A DNA stretch of 64,000 nucleotides, taken from the NCBI GenBank assembly GCA_041483895.1, contig JBGPGO010000002.1:64001-128000 (forward strand). The letters run 5' to 3'. Positions 18,239 to 28,488 of this stretch are shown here, piece by piece. Below the pieces are notes generated by a model. The model did not search any database, was not told the DNA's origin, and saw only the letters and a program-made list of their open reading frames with translations. Each line of letters starts with the position of its first letter. Within the stretch, counting starts at the first letter, position 1. Source of the DNA: Fimbriimonadia bacterium. Lineage in GTDB: Bacteria > Armatimonadota > Fimbriimonadia > Fimbriimonadales > JABRVX01. Both the position numbers and the translations under genes were made by a program.

Positions 18239-18580
18239 ATGGTTCCGCTTTCCGGCTATCTGACGCTGAGCGCGATCCTGTTTACGATCGGTGTGATCGG
18301 CGTGATCATCAAGCGGAACCCGATCGTCGTGTTCATGTGCATCGAGCTGATGCTGAACGCGGTTAATCTCACGTTTTTGGCGTTCGCGCGCTACCATCCC
18401 GCGCCGCTCGCCCATGATTTGGCAGGCCGCACGGAAGTCTATCTGGCGGGGCAGATGTATGTGGTGTTCGTGATGGCGGTGGCGGCGGCGGAAGTTGCGG
18501 TCGGACTCGGAATCATCATGGCAATCTTTCGCCTTCGCAAGAAGGTGGATGTAGACGATATGAATATACTGAGAGGATAG
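18239..18580 (+). CDS. nuoK: NADH-quinone oxidoreductase subunit K
   Basis: '[10 protein letters not shown]', '[12 protein letters not shown]'; start ATG 18239. Confidence 0.95.
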   Translation: MVPLSGYLTLSAILFTIGVIGVIIKRNPIVVFMCIELMLNAVNLTFLAFARYHPAPLAHDLAGRTEVYLAGQMYVVFVMAVAAAEVAVGLGIIMAIFRLRKKVDVDDMNILRG

Positions 18581-18584
18581 GCGT

Positions 18585-20624
18585 TTGGACCCATTGCAAC
18601 TCGTCTGGCTGGTACCCGGTCTCCCGCTGATCGGCTTCCTGTTCCAGGCGTTCTTTGGAAAAGCGATTGTCGCGAAATTGGGTGATGCGGCGGGGAAGAA
18701 AGTTCTCGGCTTCGCCGCCGTGCTGCCTGTCTTCGCGGGTTTTGCCATCACACTGATACTATGGGCAAACCTTCCAACCAATACAGAGACGCGCGCGGTA
18801 GTGGCAACGCTATTCGACTGGCTCAGCATCAATGACATTCATCCGCTGAAAGTTCCGTTCGAATTCCTGATCGATCCCTTATCGATTGTCATGTGTATGA
18901 TCGTCACCGGGGTCGGCGGACTCATACACTTATATGCTACCGGATACATGGCGGACGACAAGGACTACCCGCGCTTTTTCACCTACTTCAATCTGTTCAT
19001 CGTTTTCATGCTCACGTTGGTGCTGGCGAATAATCTGGTACTGATGTTTGTTGGGTGGGAAGGCGTGGGTCTCTGCTCCTATCTGCTCATCGGTTTTTGG
19101 TACAAAAATGTCGCAAACGCGAAGGCCGCAAACAAGGCGTTTATCGTCAATCGAATCGGCGATTGGGGTTTCATGCTCGGCATCTTCCTCGTGTTCGCCG
19201 TGTTCAATTCCGTCTCGTTCTATCCGTCCGGACATAACCTAGATCGATCGATTTTGATGGAAGCGGCGGATCGGCTGACCAACAATCCGGGCCTTCCGAT
19301 GGTAGCCAACCCCGCGCTCTGGATTCCATTATTGCTCTTCGTCGGCGCGATGGGAAAATCCGCGCAAGGGCCGCTCTATCTGTGGCTCCCGGACGCGATG
19401 GCAGGTCCGACACCCGTTTCCGCGCTGATCCACGCGGCCACTATGGTGACAGCCGGTGTGTTCATGGTCTGCCGCCTGCATATATTCTTCGAATTGTCAC
19501 AGATCGCAATGCTGGTGGTGGCCTGCGTGGGTGCGTTTACGGCATTCTTTGCTGCAACCATCGCATTTGGGCAATTCGATATTAAGAGAGTCTTGGCATA
19601 CTCGACCGTCAGTCAGTTGGGTTATATGTTCTTGGCATGCGGCGTGGGGGCGTTCGGGTCTGGCATGTTCCATGTGGTGACGCATTCGTTCTTCAAGGCG
19701 CTTCTTTTCCTTGGATCTGGCGCGGTGATACTGGCAATGTCGCACGAGCAGGATATGCGAAAGTATGGCAACCTCTCGAAGTATCTGCCGATCACATATA
19801 GGACGATGTTTTGGGGCTGGCTGGCGATTGCGGGAATACCACCGCTTGCGGGTTTCTGGTCGAAGGATGAGATATTGTCACATACTTACGCATCAGGATT
19901 CCTGCATGGTCAAGGGATGGCGGTTTTCTTATATTCTGTCGGTTTGATCACCGCGGTGATGACCGCGGGGTATATGACACGCATGATGAAGATGACATTC
20001 TTGCAGACAGATGAGCGATGGCGGAAGTTACCCGAACCGCATCATCATGAACTGGGCCCGCAACACGAGCCGCACGAGGTTGGTCGGGCGATGACCACGC
20101 CGCTCATCATCTTGGCCCTGCTCTCCATCGTTGGCGGCGCGGCGCTTGCAATCGGTCCGCACCTGTTCGAGACATTTACGCATCCGTCCATCGGTCTAAG
20201 CCTCATGAAACCGACTGAGCTGCCCGGCGGTACAGAAGCCCTGTTGATCGGACTATCGATCGCCGGCGCGGTGATTGGGCTTGTGCTCGCCCTGCGCAAT
20301 TACAAAACTCAGCCTGCGGATCAGGGGCTTGGCGTTCCCGTTCGGGGATGGCGCGCGCTGGCGGAAAAGCAGTGGGGATATGACGGCGCGATGTATCGGA
20401 CTTTCGTCACCGGCGGCGGCAATTTTGCCACTTTGGTATGGCGCTGGATCGACGCGGGGATCATAGATAAGGTGCTGGTTAATGGTATTGCTAAGCTGAT
20501 AGAAACCGTTGGTGTTTTGCTCCGGCCGTTCCAATCCGGTTTCGTGCGGGGATATGCGTTTACGATGTTGATCGGCGTCGTTGCTATCATCGGTTGGGTG
20601 TTCTTAAAGGCGGTGGTGAGATAG
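18585..20624 (+). CDS. nuoL: NADH-quinone oxidoreductase subunit L
   Basis: 'GWEGVGLCSYLLIGFW', 'GKSAQ.PL..WLPDAMAGPTPVSALIHAATMVTAG'; TTG start. Confidence 0.97.
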   Translation: MDPLQLVWLVPGLPLIGFLFQAFFGKAIVAKLGDAAGKKVLGFAAVLPVFAGFAITLILWANLPTNTETRAVVATLFDWLSINDIHPLKVPFEFLIDPLSIVMCMIVTGVGGLIHLYATGYMADDKDYPRFFTYFNLFIVFMLTLVLANNLVLMFVGWEGVGLCSYLLIGFWYKNVANAKAANKAFIVNRIGDWGFMLGIFLVFAVFNSVSFYPSGHNLDRSILMEAADRLTNNPGLPMVANPALWIPLLLFVGAMGKSAQGPLYLWLPDAMAGPTPVSALIHAATMVTAGVFMVCRLHIFFELSQIAMLVVACVGAFTAFFAATIAFGQFDIKRVLAYSTVSQLGYMFLACGVGAFGSGMFHVVTHSFFKALLFLGSGAVILAMSHEQDMRKYGNLSKYLPITYRTMFWGWLAIAGIPPLAGFWSKDEILSHTYASGFLHGQGMAVFLYSVGLITAVMTAGYMTRMMKMTFLQTDERWRKLPEPHHHELGPQHEPHEVGRAMTTPLIILALLSIVGGAALAIGPHLFETFTHPSIGLSLMKPTELPGGTEALLIGLSIAGAVIGLVLALRNYKTQPADQGLGVPVRGWRALAEKQWGYDGAMYRTFVTGGGNFATLVWRWIDAGIIDKVLVNGIAKLIETVGVLLRPFQSGFVRGYAFTMLIGVVAIIGWVFLKAVVR

Positions 20625-20625
20625 C

Positions 20626-22272
20626 ATGGACATTACCCAGATGCCAATCCTGACCATCCTGATCTTCCTGCCCGTCGCGTTCGCCGTGATCCTAGCGGTT
20701 GTGCCTAAAAGCATGCTGCCCGCCATTCGCGGCCTCGCCCTCGCCGCATGCATCCTCGATTTCATTGCCTGCATCCCTCTCTATTTCCAGTTCGACGCCA
20801 CGCGATTTCAGTTCCAATTCGTAGAGCACCACGCTTGGATGCAGAATCTCGGTATCTCCTATCACTTAGGCATAGACGGCCTCAGTCTATTCCTCGTTCA
20901 ATTGACATGTTTCCTCGGCATCCTTAGCGTATGGTTCTCCTACTATGTTAAGGACCGCGTGAAGGAATACATGATATTCATGCTGCTGTTGCAGGCAGGC
21001 ATGATAGGTGTTTTCTGCGCGCTGGATTTAGTTCTCTTCTATATATTCTGGGAAGCGATGCTGATCCCGATGTACTTCCTCATCGGGATTTGGGGTGGCG
21101 ACAATCGAAGATATGCGGCGATCAAGTTCTTCCTATACACGTTCGCCGGTTCCATCTTCATGCTGCTGGCCGTCATTGGCCTCTATGTTAGCTACCAGCA
21201 GGTGACGGGACAGGCCAGTTTCGACCTCGTTTCCATGCAAAAGCTGGCCGCAAACGGGGAGCTGATACGCGATACGGGGCTCCAATTCTGGCTATTTCTC
21301 GCGTTCGCGGTGGCGTTCGCGATCAAGGTTCCGATGTTCCCGTTCCACACATGGCTGCCGGACGCGCACGTGGAAGCCCCGACAGCCGGCTCCGTAATCC
21401 TGGCGGGCGTTCTGCTGAAGATGGGAACCTATGGCTTTTTCCGCTTCTGCATGCCGCTATTCCCGGATATGGCGATGAGGTTCGTGCCGATTATCATTGT
21501 CATGTCCGTGATCGCTATCATCTATGGCGCGATCGTTGCGGCTGTGCAGACGGATGTGAAGAAACTGGTGGCATATTCTTCCGTCAGCCACCTCGGATTC
21601 TGCACGCTCGGCCTATTCTCGCTCAACGCGATTGGCATGACCGGCGCGATGTTGCAGCAGATCAACCACGGCCTCAGCACCGGCGCGCTGTTCCTTCTCG
21701 TCGGCATGATTTATGAGCGCCGACATACCCGAATGTTTAGCGATTTTGGCGGACTGAAAGCGAAGATGCCGGTATATGCGGCGATGTTCCTGATCGTTAT
21801 GCTCTCCAGCGTCGGCCTGCCCAGCCTGAACGGGTTTATCGGCGAGTTCTATGTACTGCTTGGCACTTACCAAACGGCGGTGCGCGGACTCTATGGTACA
21901 TCGCTGTGGATGATAGTGGTAGCGGCGGGCGGCGTGGTGCTTGCGGCGGTATACCTGCTATGGATGTTCCAGAAGATGTTCTATGGTCCGGTGACGAATC
22001 CGAAGAATGAAGAGCTGAAAGATATCAAGATGTTCGAGAAGGTGATACTCGCCGCCATCATCGTTTTCATTTTCTGGATCGGGCTGTATCCTGGCACGTT
22101 CACGGACAAGATGATGGTGTCGGTGCATGCGCTGCGGCTGCAAGTTACAGAGTCGCCGCATTTCCGGCCGGTGTGGGACGATCCAAGCCAAGTGGTTCAG
22201 CCGAACGGAGACATGGAGATGGGTGGCGGGGAGATCAAAACCGCACAGAGTCAGCCAGTGGATAGAGAATGA
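20626..22272 (+). CDS. nuoM: NADH-quinone oxidoreductase subunit M
   Basis: 'FWEAMLIPMY', 'KVPMFPFHTWLPDAHVEAPTAGS', 'AYSSVSH'. Confidence 0.97.
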   Translation: MDITQMPILTILIFLPVAFAVILAVVPKSMLPAIRGLALAACILDFIACIPLYFQFDATRFQFQFVEHHAWMQNLGISYHLGIDGLSLFLVQLTCFLGILSVWFSYYVKDRVKEYMIFMLLLQAGMIGVFCALDLVLFYIFWEAMLIPMYFLIGIWGGDNRRYAAIKFFLYTFAGSIFMLLAVIGLYVSYQQVTGQASFDLVSMQKLAANGELIRDTGLQFWLFLAFAVAFAIKVPMFPFHTWLPDAHVEAPTAGSVILAGVLLKMGTYGFFRFCMPLFPDMAMRFVPIIIVMSVIAIIYGAIVAAVQTDVKKLVAYSSVSHLGFCTLGLFSLNAIGMTGAMLQQINHGLSTGALFLLVGMIYERRHTRMFSDFGGLKAKMPVYAAMFLIVMLSSVGLPSLNGFIGEFYVLLGTYQTAVRGLYGTSLWMIVVAAGGVVLAAVYLLWMFQKMFYGPVTNPKNEELKDIKMFEKVILAAIIVFIFWIGLYPGTFTDKMMVSVHALRLQVTESPHFRPVWDDPSQVVQPNGDMEMGGGEIKTAQSQPVDRE

Positions 22273-22405
22273 AGCTGTCTTTCAACTTCGAGCATGTATG
22301 CCGCGACTCGGTCGGGAGACCGGTCGCATCGAGGGCTGGCGTGGGGGCAAATGGGTCCGGCGGGAGATTGCAGACGACGCCAGAAAAAAGGGGAGGGGAT
22401 CAGAG

Positions 22406-23314
22406 ATGACACCGCGCGAAAGAGTAACCACAGTCCTAAAGGGAGGCATGCCGGATCGAACGCCGTTCTGTTTCTGGTACCACTTCCACCTGAAACCGCC
22501 CACCGGACCCGGCATGGCGAAGGCGGAGCTAGACTTTTTCCACGCCTACCGCCCCGATATCTGGAAAGTGATGCACGATATCGACTATGAAGACAGCGAA
22601 ATCGTAAACACCATCGACGACTGGGCCAAGCTCCGAAGCATGGACGGCCACACCGGCAACTTCGGCAAGCAGGCGGAGACGATCAAACTGATCGTCGATC
22701 AACAAGACGAGGACGTGCATGTGATCAACACAGTCTTCAACACCTATCGCTATGCCAACAAATGCTGCGGCGAAGAACTATTGGATCACCTGCGCAAAGA
22801 CCCGACAAAGGTGCAAAAAGGTCTCGAAGCAATCACCGACTCTCTCGTCTCCTTCGTCGAGGCGCTCAAAGATGTCGGGGCCGACGGAATCTATTTCGCC
22901 CTCCACGGCGCATCCACAGACATGGCCACGCCCATGGAGTATTCCGGCCATTTTCTAGAACACGATCTGCGCGTGCTCGAAGCCGCAAAGGGGTGCCCGC
23001 TCGTCATCCTCCATCCACACAGCTACGAGACCCTCTATTTCGATATGGTAAAGGACCTGCCCGCGCACGTGCTTTGCTGGAGTGATCGCGCCGCCGGTCC
23101 CAGCCTCAGAGAAATAAGAGAGACACACAAGGGCTGTCTGATGGGCGGCATTGACGAGACAAAAATCGCCGAGCGTACGCCGGACCAGATTAAAGCGGAA
23201 GGGCGAGGGGCCATCGAGCAGATGCGCGGAACGCCGTTCATATTGGCGCCCGGATGCAGCGTGCCGGACGCCTGCCCGCCCCATCTTTGCAAAGCAATCA
23301 GGCCGGAGATCTAG
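22406..23314 (+). CDS. uroporphyrinogen decarboxylase (URO-D)-like / MtaA-like TIM-barrel protein
   Basis: 'MTPRERV..G..PDRTP', 'LMGGID', 'ILAPGCSVP'; GGAGG RBS, start 22406. Confidence 0.8.
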   Translation: MTPRERVTTVLKGGMPDRTPFCFWYHFHLKPPTGPGMAKAELDFFHAYRPDIWKVMHDIDYEDSEIVNTIDDWAKLRSMDGHTGNFGKQAETIKLIVDQQDEDVHVINTVFNTYRYANKCCGEELLDHLRKDPTKVQKGLEAITDSLVSFVEALKDVGADGIYFALHGASTDMATPMEYSGHFLEHDLRVLEAAKGCPLVILHPHSYETLYFDMVKDLPAHVLCWSDRAAGPSLREIRETHKGCLMGGIDETKIAERTPDQIKAEGRGAIEQMRGTPFILAPGCSVPDACPPHLCKAIRPEI

Positions 23315-23317
23315 CCG

Positions 23318-24769
23318 ATGGATTTGATGAAGCTGTTCCCGCCGCCGACGATCGAATGGGCCGTGCTGATGCCGTTTCTCACGGTAGTCGCGACGGGCCT
23401 GATCGTCATGCTGTGGGACCTGTTCGTTCCGCTCAAAACCGCAACCGTCCGCGTACTATTATCATTGATCGGTCTCGGCATCGCCATCTTCTTCGTCACG
23501 AAACTGTGGAACGCGCAACCGACCAACACCTTCTACAATTCCATCCTTTCCGACCGCCTATCCGTCGCCACAAACATCGTGCTGCTCGCCGCCACGGCCC
23601 TCGTCATCCTGTTCGCCGACGGCTATCTGCGCGAGAGAAAATCGAATTATCCGGAGTTCTACCCCCTCATCCTATGGGCCACCGCCGGGGCAATGTTGAT
23701 GATTTCGACCACAGACTTGATCATCATCTTCCTCGGCTTGGAAACGCTCTCCATCGCCCTCTACGTTCTCGCCGGTCTCTGCCGAGAGGACAGAAGGTCG
23801 GAAGAGGCGGCCATCAAGTATTTCCTGCTCGGTGCGTTTGCATCCGGCTTCCTGCTCTACGGCATCGCCCTAATATACGGCGCGACCGGCAGCAGCTCCA
23901 TCGCCGACATCCCAGTCGCGTGGCAGGTCGCCGGACAGAACGCCCAGACCATGCTGATCGCTGGTACCTGCCTGCTGCTCGTCGGCCTCGGTTTCAAAGC
24001 CGCCCTCGTCCCCTTCCACATGTGGACGCCGGACGTCTACCAGGGCGCGCCCACCGCAGTCACCGCATACATGGCCGCCATCTCCAAAACCGCCGCCTTC
24101 GTCACGCTCATAAGATTTCTGGCCGCCGCCGCCCCCATGCACGAGGTCTGGCAGCCCATCCTCACAGTTCTCGCCGTCCTCACCATGACGGTCGGCAACC
24201 TGCTGGCCCTCACCCAGACCGATGTCAAGCGCATGCTCGGCTATTCCAGCATCGCGCACGCGGGCTATCTGCTGGTCGGCGTGCTGGCGGGCGATGTCAA
24301 CGCGGTCATCTACTATCTCATCGCCTACAGCCTTATGACGGTTGGGGCCTTCGCCATCGTCGGCCTTTCCGCAAAGGGCGGGCAGGAGGGCAGCAGCTAC
24401 GCCGACATGCGCGGCCTGTGGAAGCGCGCCCCGTTCGCCGCCACCATGATGCTGGTATTCATGATCTCCCTCGCCGGCATCCCGCCCACCGCCGGCTTCT
24501 TCGGAAAGTATTTCCTCATCCTCGCCGCGTGGCAACACAATCTCATCCCGCTGGCCATCGTGCTGGCCGTCAACAGCGTGATCAGCGTATACTATTATCT
24601 GCGGCTGACGGTCGCGATGTACGTGGACGAGGAGCTGGTCGAGCGCGAGAAGCCGACGCTGTCGCCGGGACTCATCATCGCGACGCTGGCCTGCGCGGTC
24701 GGCATCCTGTACGTTGGGCTGAATGCCGGCAACATCCAACAACTTTTCGCAATTCCTGTGGGAGGATAG
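23318..24769 (+). CDS. nuoN: NADH-quinone oxidoreductase subunit N
   Basis: 'EAAIKYFLLGAFASG', 'FKAALVPFHMWTPDVYQGAPT', 'KRMLGYSSIAHAGY'. Confidence 0.97.
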   Translation: MDLMKLFPPPTIEWAVLMPFLTVVATGLIVMLWDLFVPLKTATVRVLLSLIGLGIAIFFVTKLWNAQPTNTFYNSILSDRLSVATNIVLLAATALVILFADGYLRERKSNYPEFYPLILWATAGAMLMISTTDLIIIFLGLETLSIALYVLAGLCREDRRSEEAAIKYFLLGAFASGFLLYGIALIYGATGSSSIADIPVAWQVAGQNAQTMLIAGTCLLLVGLGFKAALVPFHMWTPDVYQGAPTAVTAYMAAISKTAAFVTLIRFLAAAAPMHEVWQPILTVLAVLTMTVGNLLALTQTDVKRMLGYSSIAHAGYLLVGVLAGDVNAVIYYLIAYSLMTVGAFAIVGLSAKGGQEGSSYADMRGLWKRAPFAATMMLVFMISLAGIPPTAGFFGKYFLILAAWQHNLIPLAIVLAVNSVISVYYYLRLTVAMYVDEELVEREKPTLSPGLIIATLACAVGILYVGLNAGNIQQLFAIPVGG

Positions 24770-24781
24770 AATCGACAAATC

Positions 24782-24835
24782 CCCTCCCCCTTGTTCAGGC
24801 CCTCGCCTGAAAAAGGGGGAGGGTCAGGGTGGGGG
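24782..24835. repeat. CCCTCCCC..GGGGAGGG-type palindromic repeat (related inverted copy at 28576-28612)
   Basis: Hairpin CCCTCCCCCTTGTTCAGGC/GCCTGAAAAAGGGGGAGGG plus TCAGGGTGGGGG; compare CCCCCACCCTAGCCCTGCCCCGC at 28576. Confidence 0.6.
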
Positions 24836-24856
24836 TTCTTTATCCGTGGAGGTTTT

Positions 24857-25708
24857 ATGAAGTTAGGGATTTCCATGTGGAGCTACGTCCAGGCGTTCAA
24901 GGCCGGGCGGATCGATATCGTCGGGTTCATCGCGGAGTGCAAGCGGCTGGATGTGGACGGGGTGGAGCTGCTGGATCACTTCTGGCGCGATGCGGGGTCG
25001 GAAGTCCCGGCGGCGATCGCGAAGCTGGACGAGGTGGGCCTGCCCTGCTGCGTCTATGCCATCGGGAACAACTTTGTGGACCCTTCCGAATCGGAGCGCG
25101 CTGCTCAAGTGGCCACGGTGAAGGACCAACTGATGGTCGCTCGTCGCTTGCATGCCCCCGTCGTACGCGTCTTCGCCGGGGATGTGCAAGAAGGCGTGGA
25201 TTTCGATGCGGCGCTGGATTGGATCGTTTTGGGGCTGTCCGAGTGCGCGACGGCCGCGCACGATCTGGGTCTGCGGCTGGCGCTGGAAAATCATGGCAAG
25301 CTGGCGGGGCGCAGCGACCAGGTGATCACGATTATCGAGCGCGTGCGGTCGGCGACGGGGAACGATGCGCTGGGGGCCAACCCGGACACGGGCAACTTTC
25401 TGCTGGTGGGGCAAGATAGCGGTGCCGCCCTCCACGCTCTCGCTCCGTATGCCTACATGGTGCATTTCAAGGATTTCAAGGTCCTGCCGGACGACTATCC
25501 CGGCCACGCCTATACGTCTTTGGACGGCCACAAATTCGGCGGCACGGCCATCGGGGAAGGGGACGTCAACCTCTCCGCCTGCATCACCGCCCTCGCTTCT
25601 TCCGGGTTCGATGGATTTCTGAATATCGAGTACGAAGCCGAAGAAGACCCCTTCTCCGGCGTCACCCGATCCGTCACCACCGCCCGGCGGCTTGTGCCAA
25701 AGTTGTAA
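24857..25708 (+). CDS. sugar phosphate isomerase/epimerase (xylose isomerase-like TIM barrel)
   Basis: 'DGVEL', 'LALENHG', 'DTGNF', 'HFKD', 'IEYE'; GGAGG RBS. Confidence 0.9.
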   Translation: MKLGISMWSYVQAFKAGRIDIVGFIAECKRLDVDGVELLDHFWRDAGSEVPAAIAKLDEVGLPCCVYAIGNNFVDPSESERAAQVATVKDQLMVARRLHAPVVRVFAGDVQEGVDFDAALDWIVLGLSECATAAHDLGLRLALENHGKLAGRSDQVITIIERVRSATGNDALGANPDTGNFLLVGQDSGAALHALAPYAYMVHFKDFKVLPDDYPGHAYTSLDGHKFGGTAIGEGDVNLSACITALASSGFDGFLNIEYEAEEDPFSGVTRSVTTARRLVPKL

Positions 25709-25829
25709 TTCGGGCGAGAAACTTCACAAATTTGGGTCAAATGCGGATTCCGTGTGAATGAAATCGGCTTGATCATGCGTCTTCTATGATGGTGGAAATG
25801 CCACCGGACGTTCGAATCGAGGTGATATT

Positions 25830-28292
25830 GTGGCGCGGTACAGTTTCTTTGTGGCAGTTGGCTTCTGTTTGCTCACATTCGCGGGCGCCGTAGCTCAACT
25901 ACAGCCGGGAAGTCCGTGGCCGACCTACCGACACGACAGCCAACGATCGAACAGAACGCCTGTACCGATCAATCCGACTCATCCGTTCACCTCCATCCCG
26001 CAATACGCAGGACTTGCTAGCATCGGATCGGATGGCACAATATATTACTTTGCAAGCAGGACGCTGCACGCCATGGCTAGGACGGGAGAAGAGAAGTGGC
26101 AATTCGTGACTGGCGGTTATAGGGACTTTCCGCCGGCAATTGCCGCAGATGGGACTCTATACGTTGGCAGCAAAAACAATGCGCTCTTTGCTTTGCGTCC
26201 AGATGGTTCATTGTCCTGGCGGCTGGATCGCCCGGGTAGATTCTTCAGCCCGGCCATCGGCGTTGGTGGAACGATCTTTGCCGCTTGCGCAGATGGCTAC
26301 CTTTACGCACTGTCGCCAGATGGCGGGATCCTATGGATCGGACATAGCGATGCCGGCTTTACCTCGTCCCCGCTCGTTGACCAGCAAGGCACAATTTTTG
26401 TAGTAGACGCAAGCGGCAATCTATACTCTTTCTCGTCGGCAGGCGTTCTGAACTGGATTCGCCCATTGGAACATTTGCCGACGGAAGAGCCTGCGTTTAC
26501 GCGAAGTGGACTGATTGTCGTTGCGGGAAATGGGGCGCTCGATGCGTATTCGCGCGACGGTGTTCTCATGTGGAGTACCAAACCACTGAAATACTTGCAA
26601 GAGCCGGTTGTAGGTCCCGATGATCGCATTTATCTTCAGGGGGGAGATGGTAGCGGCGCCACCACCATGAATTCGGTTGACGATTCCGGAAACACTGTTT
26701 GGAGCGCCGATTCAGACGGATCGTATTTTGGTGATGGCCCGTCTTTTCTCTCCGATGGCTCCGTTGTTTCGATGCGGTACCGATTTTCCCCCGCGGGTGT
26801 AAGGACATATTTCGGAATCAGTGCTGATATTCCCACAGTAGCCGGGGATGATGTGATGTTTAATTCCTCGGGCATTTTCAAGAATACCGGCAACAAAATG
26901 TGGACGTTGGATTATTCCGACGAATCGTTCATATCGGCTCCAGTCCTTGGCGGCAATGGTCTGATTTATTTTTGTACCGCCAATGGTTTTTTGGATGCTA
27001 TTGATTCAAGCGGTGAAATCTGGCTCCACCGAAAGTTAGATAGGTCCTACCGGCAGTTGGCCGCTCTAGCAGATGGCCGTATTTATGGCGTTGGGCCAGG
27101 TGTCGGTGGGATCAGCTGCTTTGATCTGATGGGCAATCAACTTTGGACCATCGCCGATACAAGCCGGTACGTTTTGCCAACGTTGGAGCCTGATGGTTCG
27201 GTAGTTACGGGTGGCATATATGTTACGCGCGTCTCGACGTTAGGCGACATTATGTGGAAGAAGAAATATAATATCGGTTCTCCTGCAGCAATTGATGCGA
27301 GCGGAAACATTTATTTCCAACCTGCATTAGGACAACTCACCGCGCTCGATCCGCAAGGAAATGTTATCTGGTCAGGTAAGAATAGCAGTCGGCCCTTGAT
27401 ATCCCCGTTGGTTTCTCCGGATGGCAGGGTCTACGCGCCAGGCGTCTCATACGAAACCTTGCATAACATAGTGCGATCCTATGATCAATTGGGCCAGGTC
27501 AGGTGGGATTATGATCTTGGGAGTTATCCGTGTGCCTCCGGTATCACTCTGTTGCCAGACGGATCGATTTCGTTCATAACCTCTGAAGGTCAGCTGTTCT
27601 GCATCACCGACTTCGGACAACTAAAGTGGAGAATCTTTCTCGAGCATGCAAGCGTGACGGCCAGCCCACAAATTGACGCATCCGGCGGACTCGTTGTCGT
27701 CGGGCATGGATGGATCTTACAGATTGACGAACGTGGTCAAGGGATCGCGGTTGCTAGCGCTGACCGAATTAGTACAATTGATAAGCCATTACTGCTTCCA
27801 GGGAGTAAAGTTGTATTAATTGACAACAGTGATCGCAATGCCTTGGCGGAGTATCAGCTTTGGACACGCCAAGTTACAGGGAGCATCAAATTCGGCAATG
27901 TTGTTGATTATCTGCCGCCTATCGTTAGTTTTCAGATGCGTCCAATTGGCAGCGGCCAGGAGTTTGGTAACGAGTTTGCCGTACTTGGCTCGGGCGGCGA
28001 ATATTTCCTCAATGTGCCCGAACTGGAGTTCGGCCTTTCTGCAAAGCCATCCCATTGGTTGCGCAACAGTAAGTTAATTGATGCCTCGAATGGGGATGTG
28101 AATGGAATTGATTTCAATTTCGTTAACGGTGACGCATTTGCCGACAATATCGTCGACTTACATGATTTGTCTGAGATATTCTTGGAATTTGGAAATGACG
28201 ACCCAATGGTGGACTTAGATGGCGATCGTGAAGTTGACGTCGCTGATATGACCATCGTCTTCCTCAATTTTGGTCAGCGCGGTGATCCGTAA
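25830..28292 (+). CDS. secreted PQQ-like beta-propeller repeat protein with dockerin-like tail
   Basis: Signal peptide, 'SPWPTYRHDSQRS', repeated 'PAI..DGT.Y..LYAL..DG...W'; tail 'NGDAFADNIVDLHDL..DLDGDREVDVADMTIVFLNFG'. Confidence 0.85.
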   Translation: MARYSFFVAVGFCLLTFAGAVAQLQPGSPWPTYRHDSQRSNRTPVPINPTHPFTSIPQYAGLASIGSDGTIYYFASRTLHAMARTGEEKWQFVTGGYRDFPPAIAADGTLYVGSKNNALFALRPDGSLSWRLDRPGRFFSPAIGVGGTIFAACADGYLYALSPDGGILWIGHSDAGFTSSPLVDQQGTIFVVDASGNLYSFSSAGVLNWIRPLEHLPTEEPAFTRSGLIVVAGNGALDAYSRDGVLMWSTKPLKYLQEPVVGPDDRIYLQGGDGSGATTMNSVDDSGNTVWSADSDGSYFGDGPSFLSDGSVVSMRYRFSPAGVRTYFGISADIPTVAGDDVMFNSSGIFKNTGNKMWTLDYSDESFISAPVLGGNGLIYFCTANGFLDAIDSSGEIWLHRKLDRSYRQLAALADGRIYGVGPGVGGISCFDLMGNQLWTIADTSRYVLPTLEPDGSVVTGGIYVTRVSTLGDIMWKKKYNIGSPAAIDASGNIYFQPALGQLTALDPQGNVIWSGKNSSRPLISPLVSPDGRVYAPGVSYETLHNIVRSYDQLGQVRWDYDLGSYPCASGITLLPDGSISFITSEGQLFCITDFGQLKWRIFLEHASVTASPQIDASGGLVVVGHGWILQIDERGQGIAVASADRISTIDKPLLLPGSKVVLIDNSDRNALAEYQLWTRQVTGSIKFGNVVDYLPPIVSFQMRPIGSGQEFGNEFAVLGSGGEYFLNVPELEFGLSAKPSHWLRNSKLIDASNGDVNGIDFNFVNGDAFADNIVDLHDLSEIFLEFGNDDPMVDLDGDREVDVADMTIVFLNFGQRGDP

Positions 28293-28396
28293 CCTGCGAT
28301 CCGCAGGTGCGGACAGTTCCCTTGACACGGGGAAGGGCCCAAAGGGATGCACGTGTGCATATTTGCACTAATGTCATTAACAATCCTGCACGAGCA

Positions 28397-28488
28397 TGTC
28401 CTGAGCGCGAGCGAAGGAAGCAATCCATAAAACATAGTCACAACCGTTCGACAAGCCCTCGGCTCCGCTCGGGCCATGGCTCAGGACA
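28397..28488. repeat. degenerate REP-like inverted repeat
   Basis: TGTCCTGAGC (28397-28406) and GCTCAGGACA (28479-28488), with CGAAGG and TTCGACAAG cores. Confidence 0.45.

Noticed and set aside
22127..22405. N-terminal extensions given by the ORF track (also 29277-29465, 29699-29998, 54215-54598, 60749-60880)
   Set aside because: They overlap neighbouring genes or repeats; downstream starts fit the family N-termini and most have an RBS or coupled start
23254..24810. 518-aa alternative-frame ORF and other long overlapping ORFs (e.g. 35247-36431, 55146-56324, 50302-51369)
   Set aside because: Arg/Pro-rich shadow ORFs overlapping well-supported genes, as expected in high-GC DNA
25830..28292. 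Lower-GC PQQ-repeat gene as part of a mobile island
   Set aside because: No integrase, transposase or att-like repeats, and it carries the same dockerin-like tail as other genes in the window
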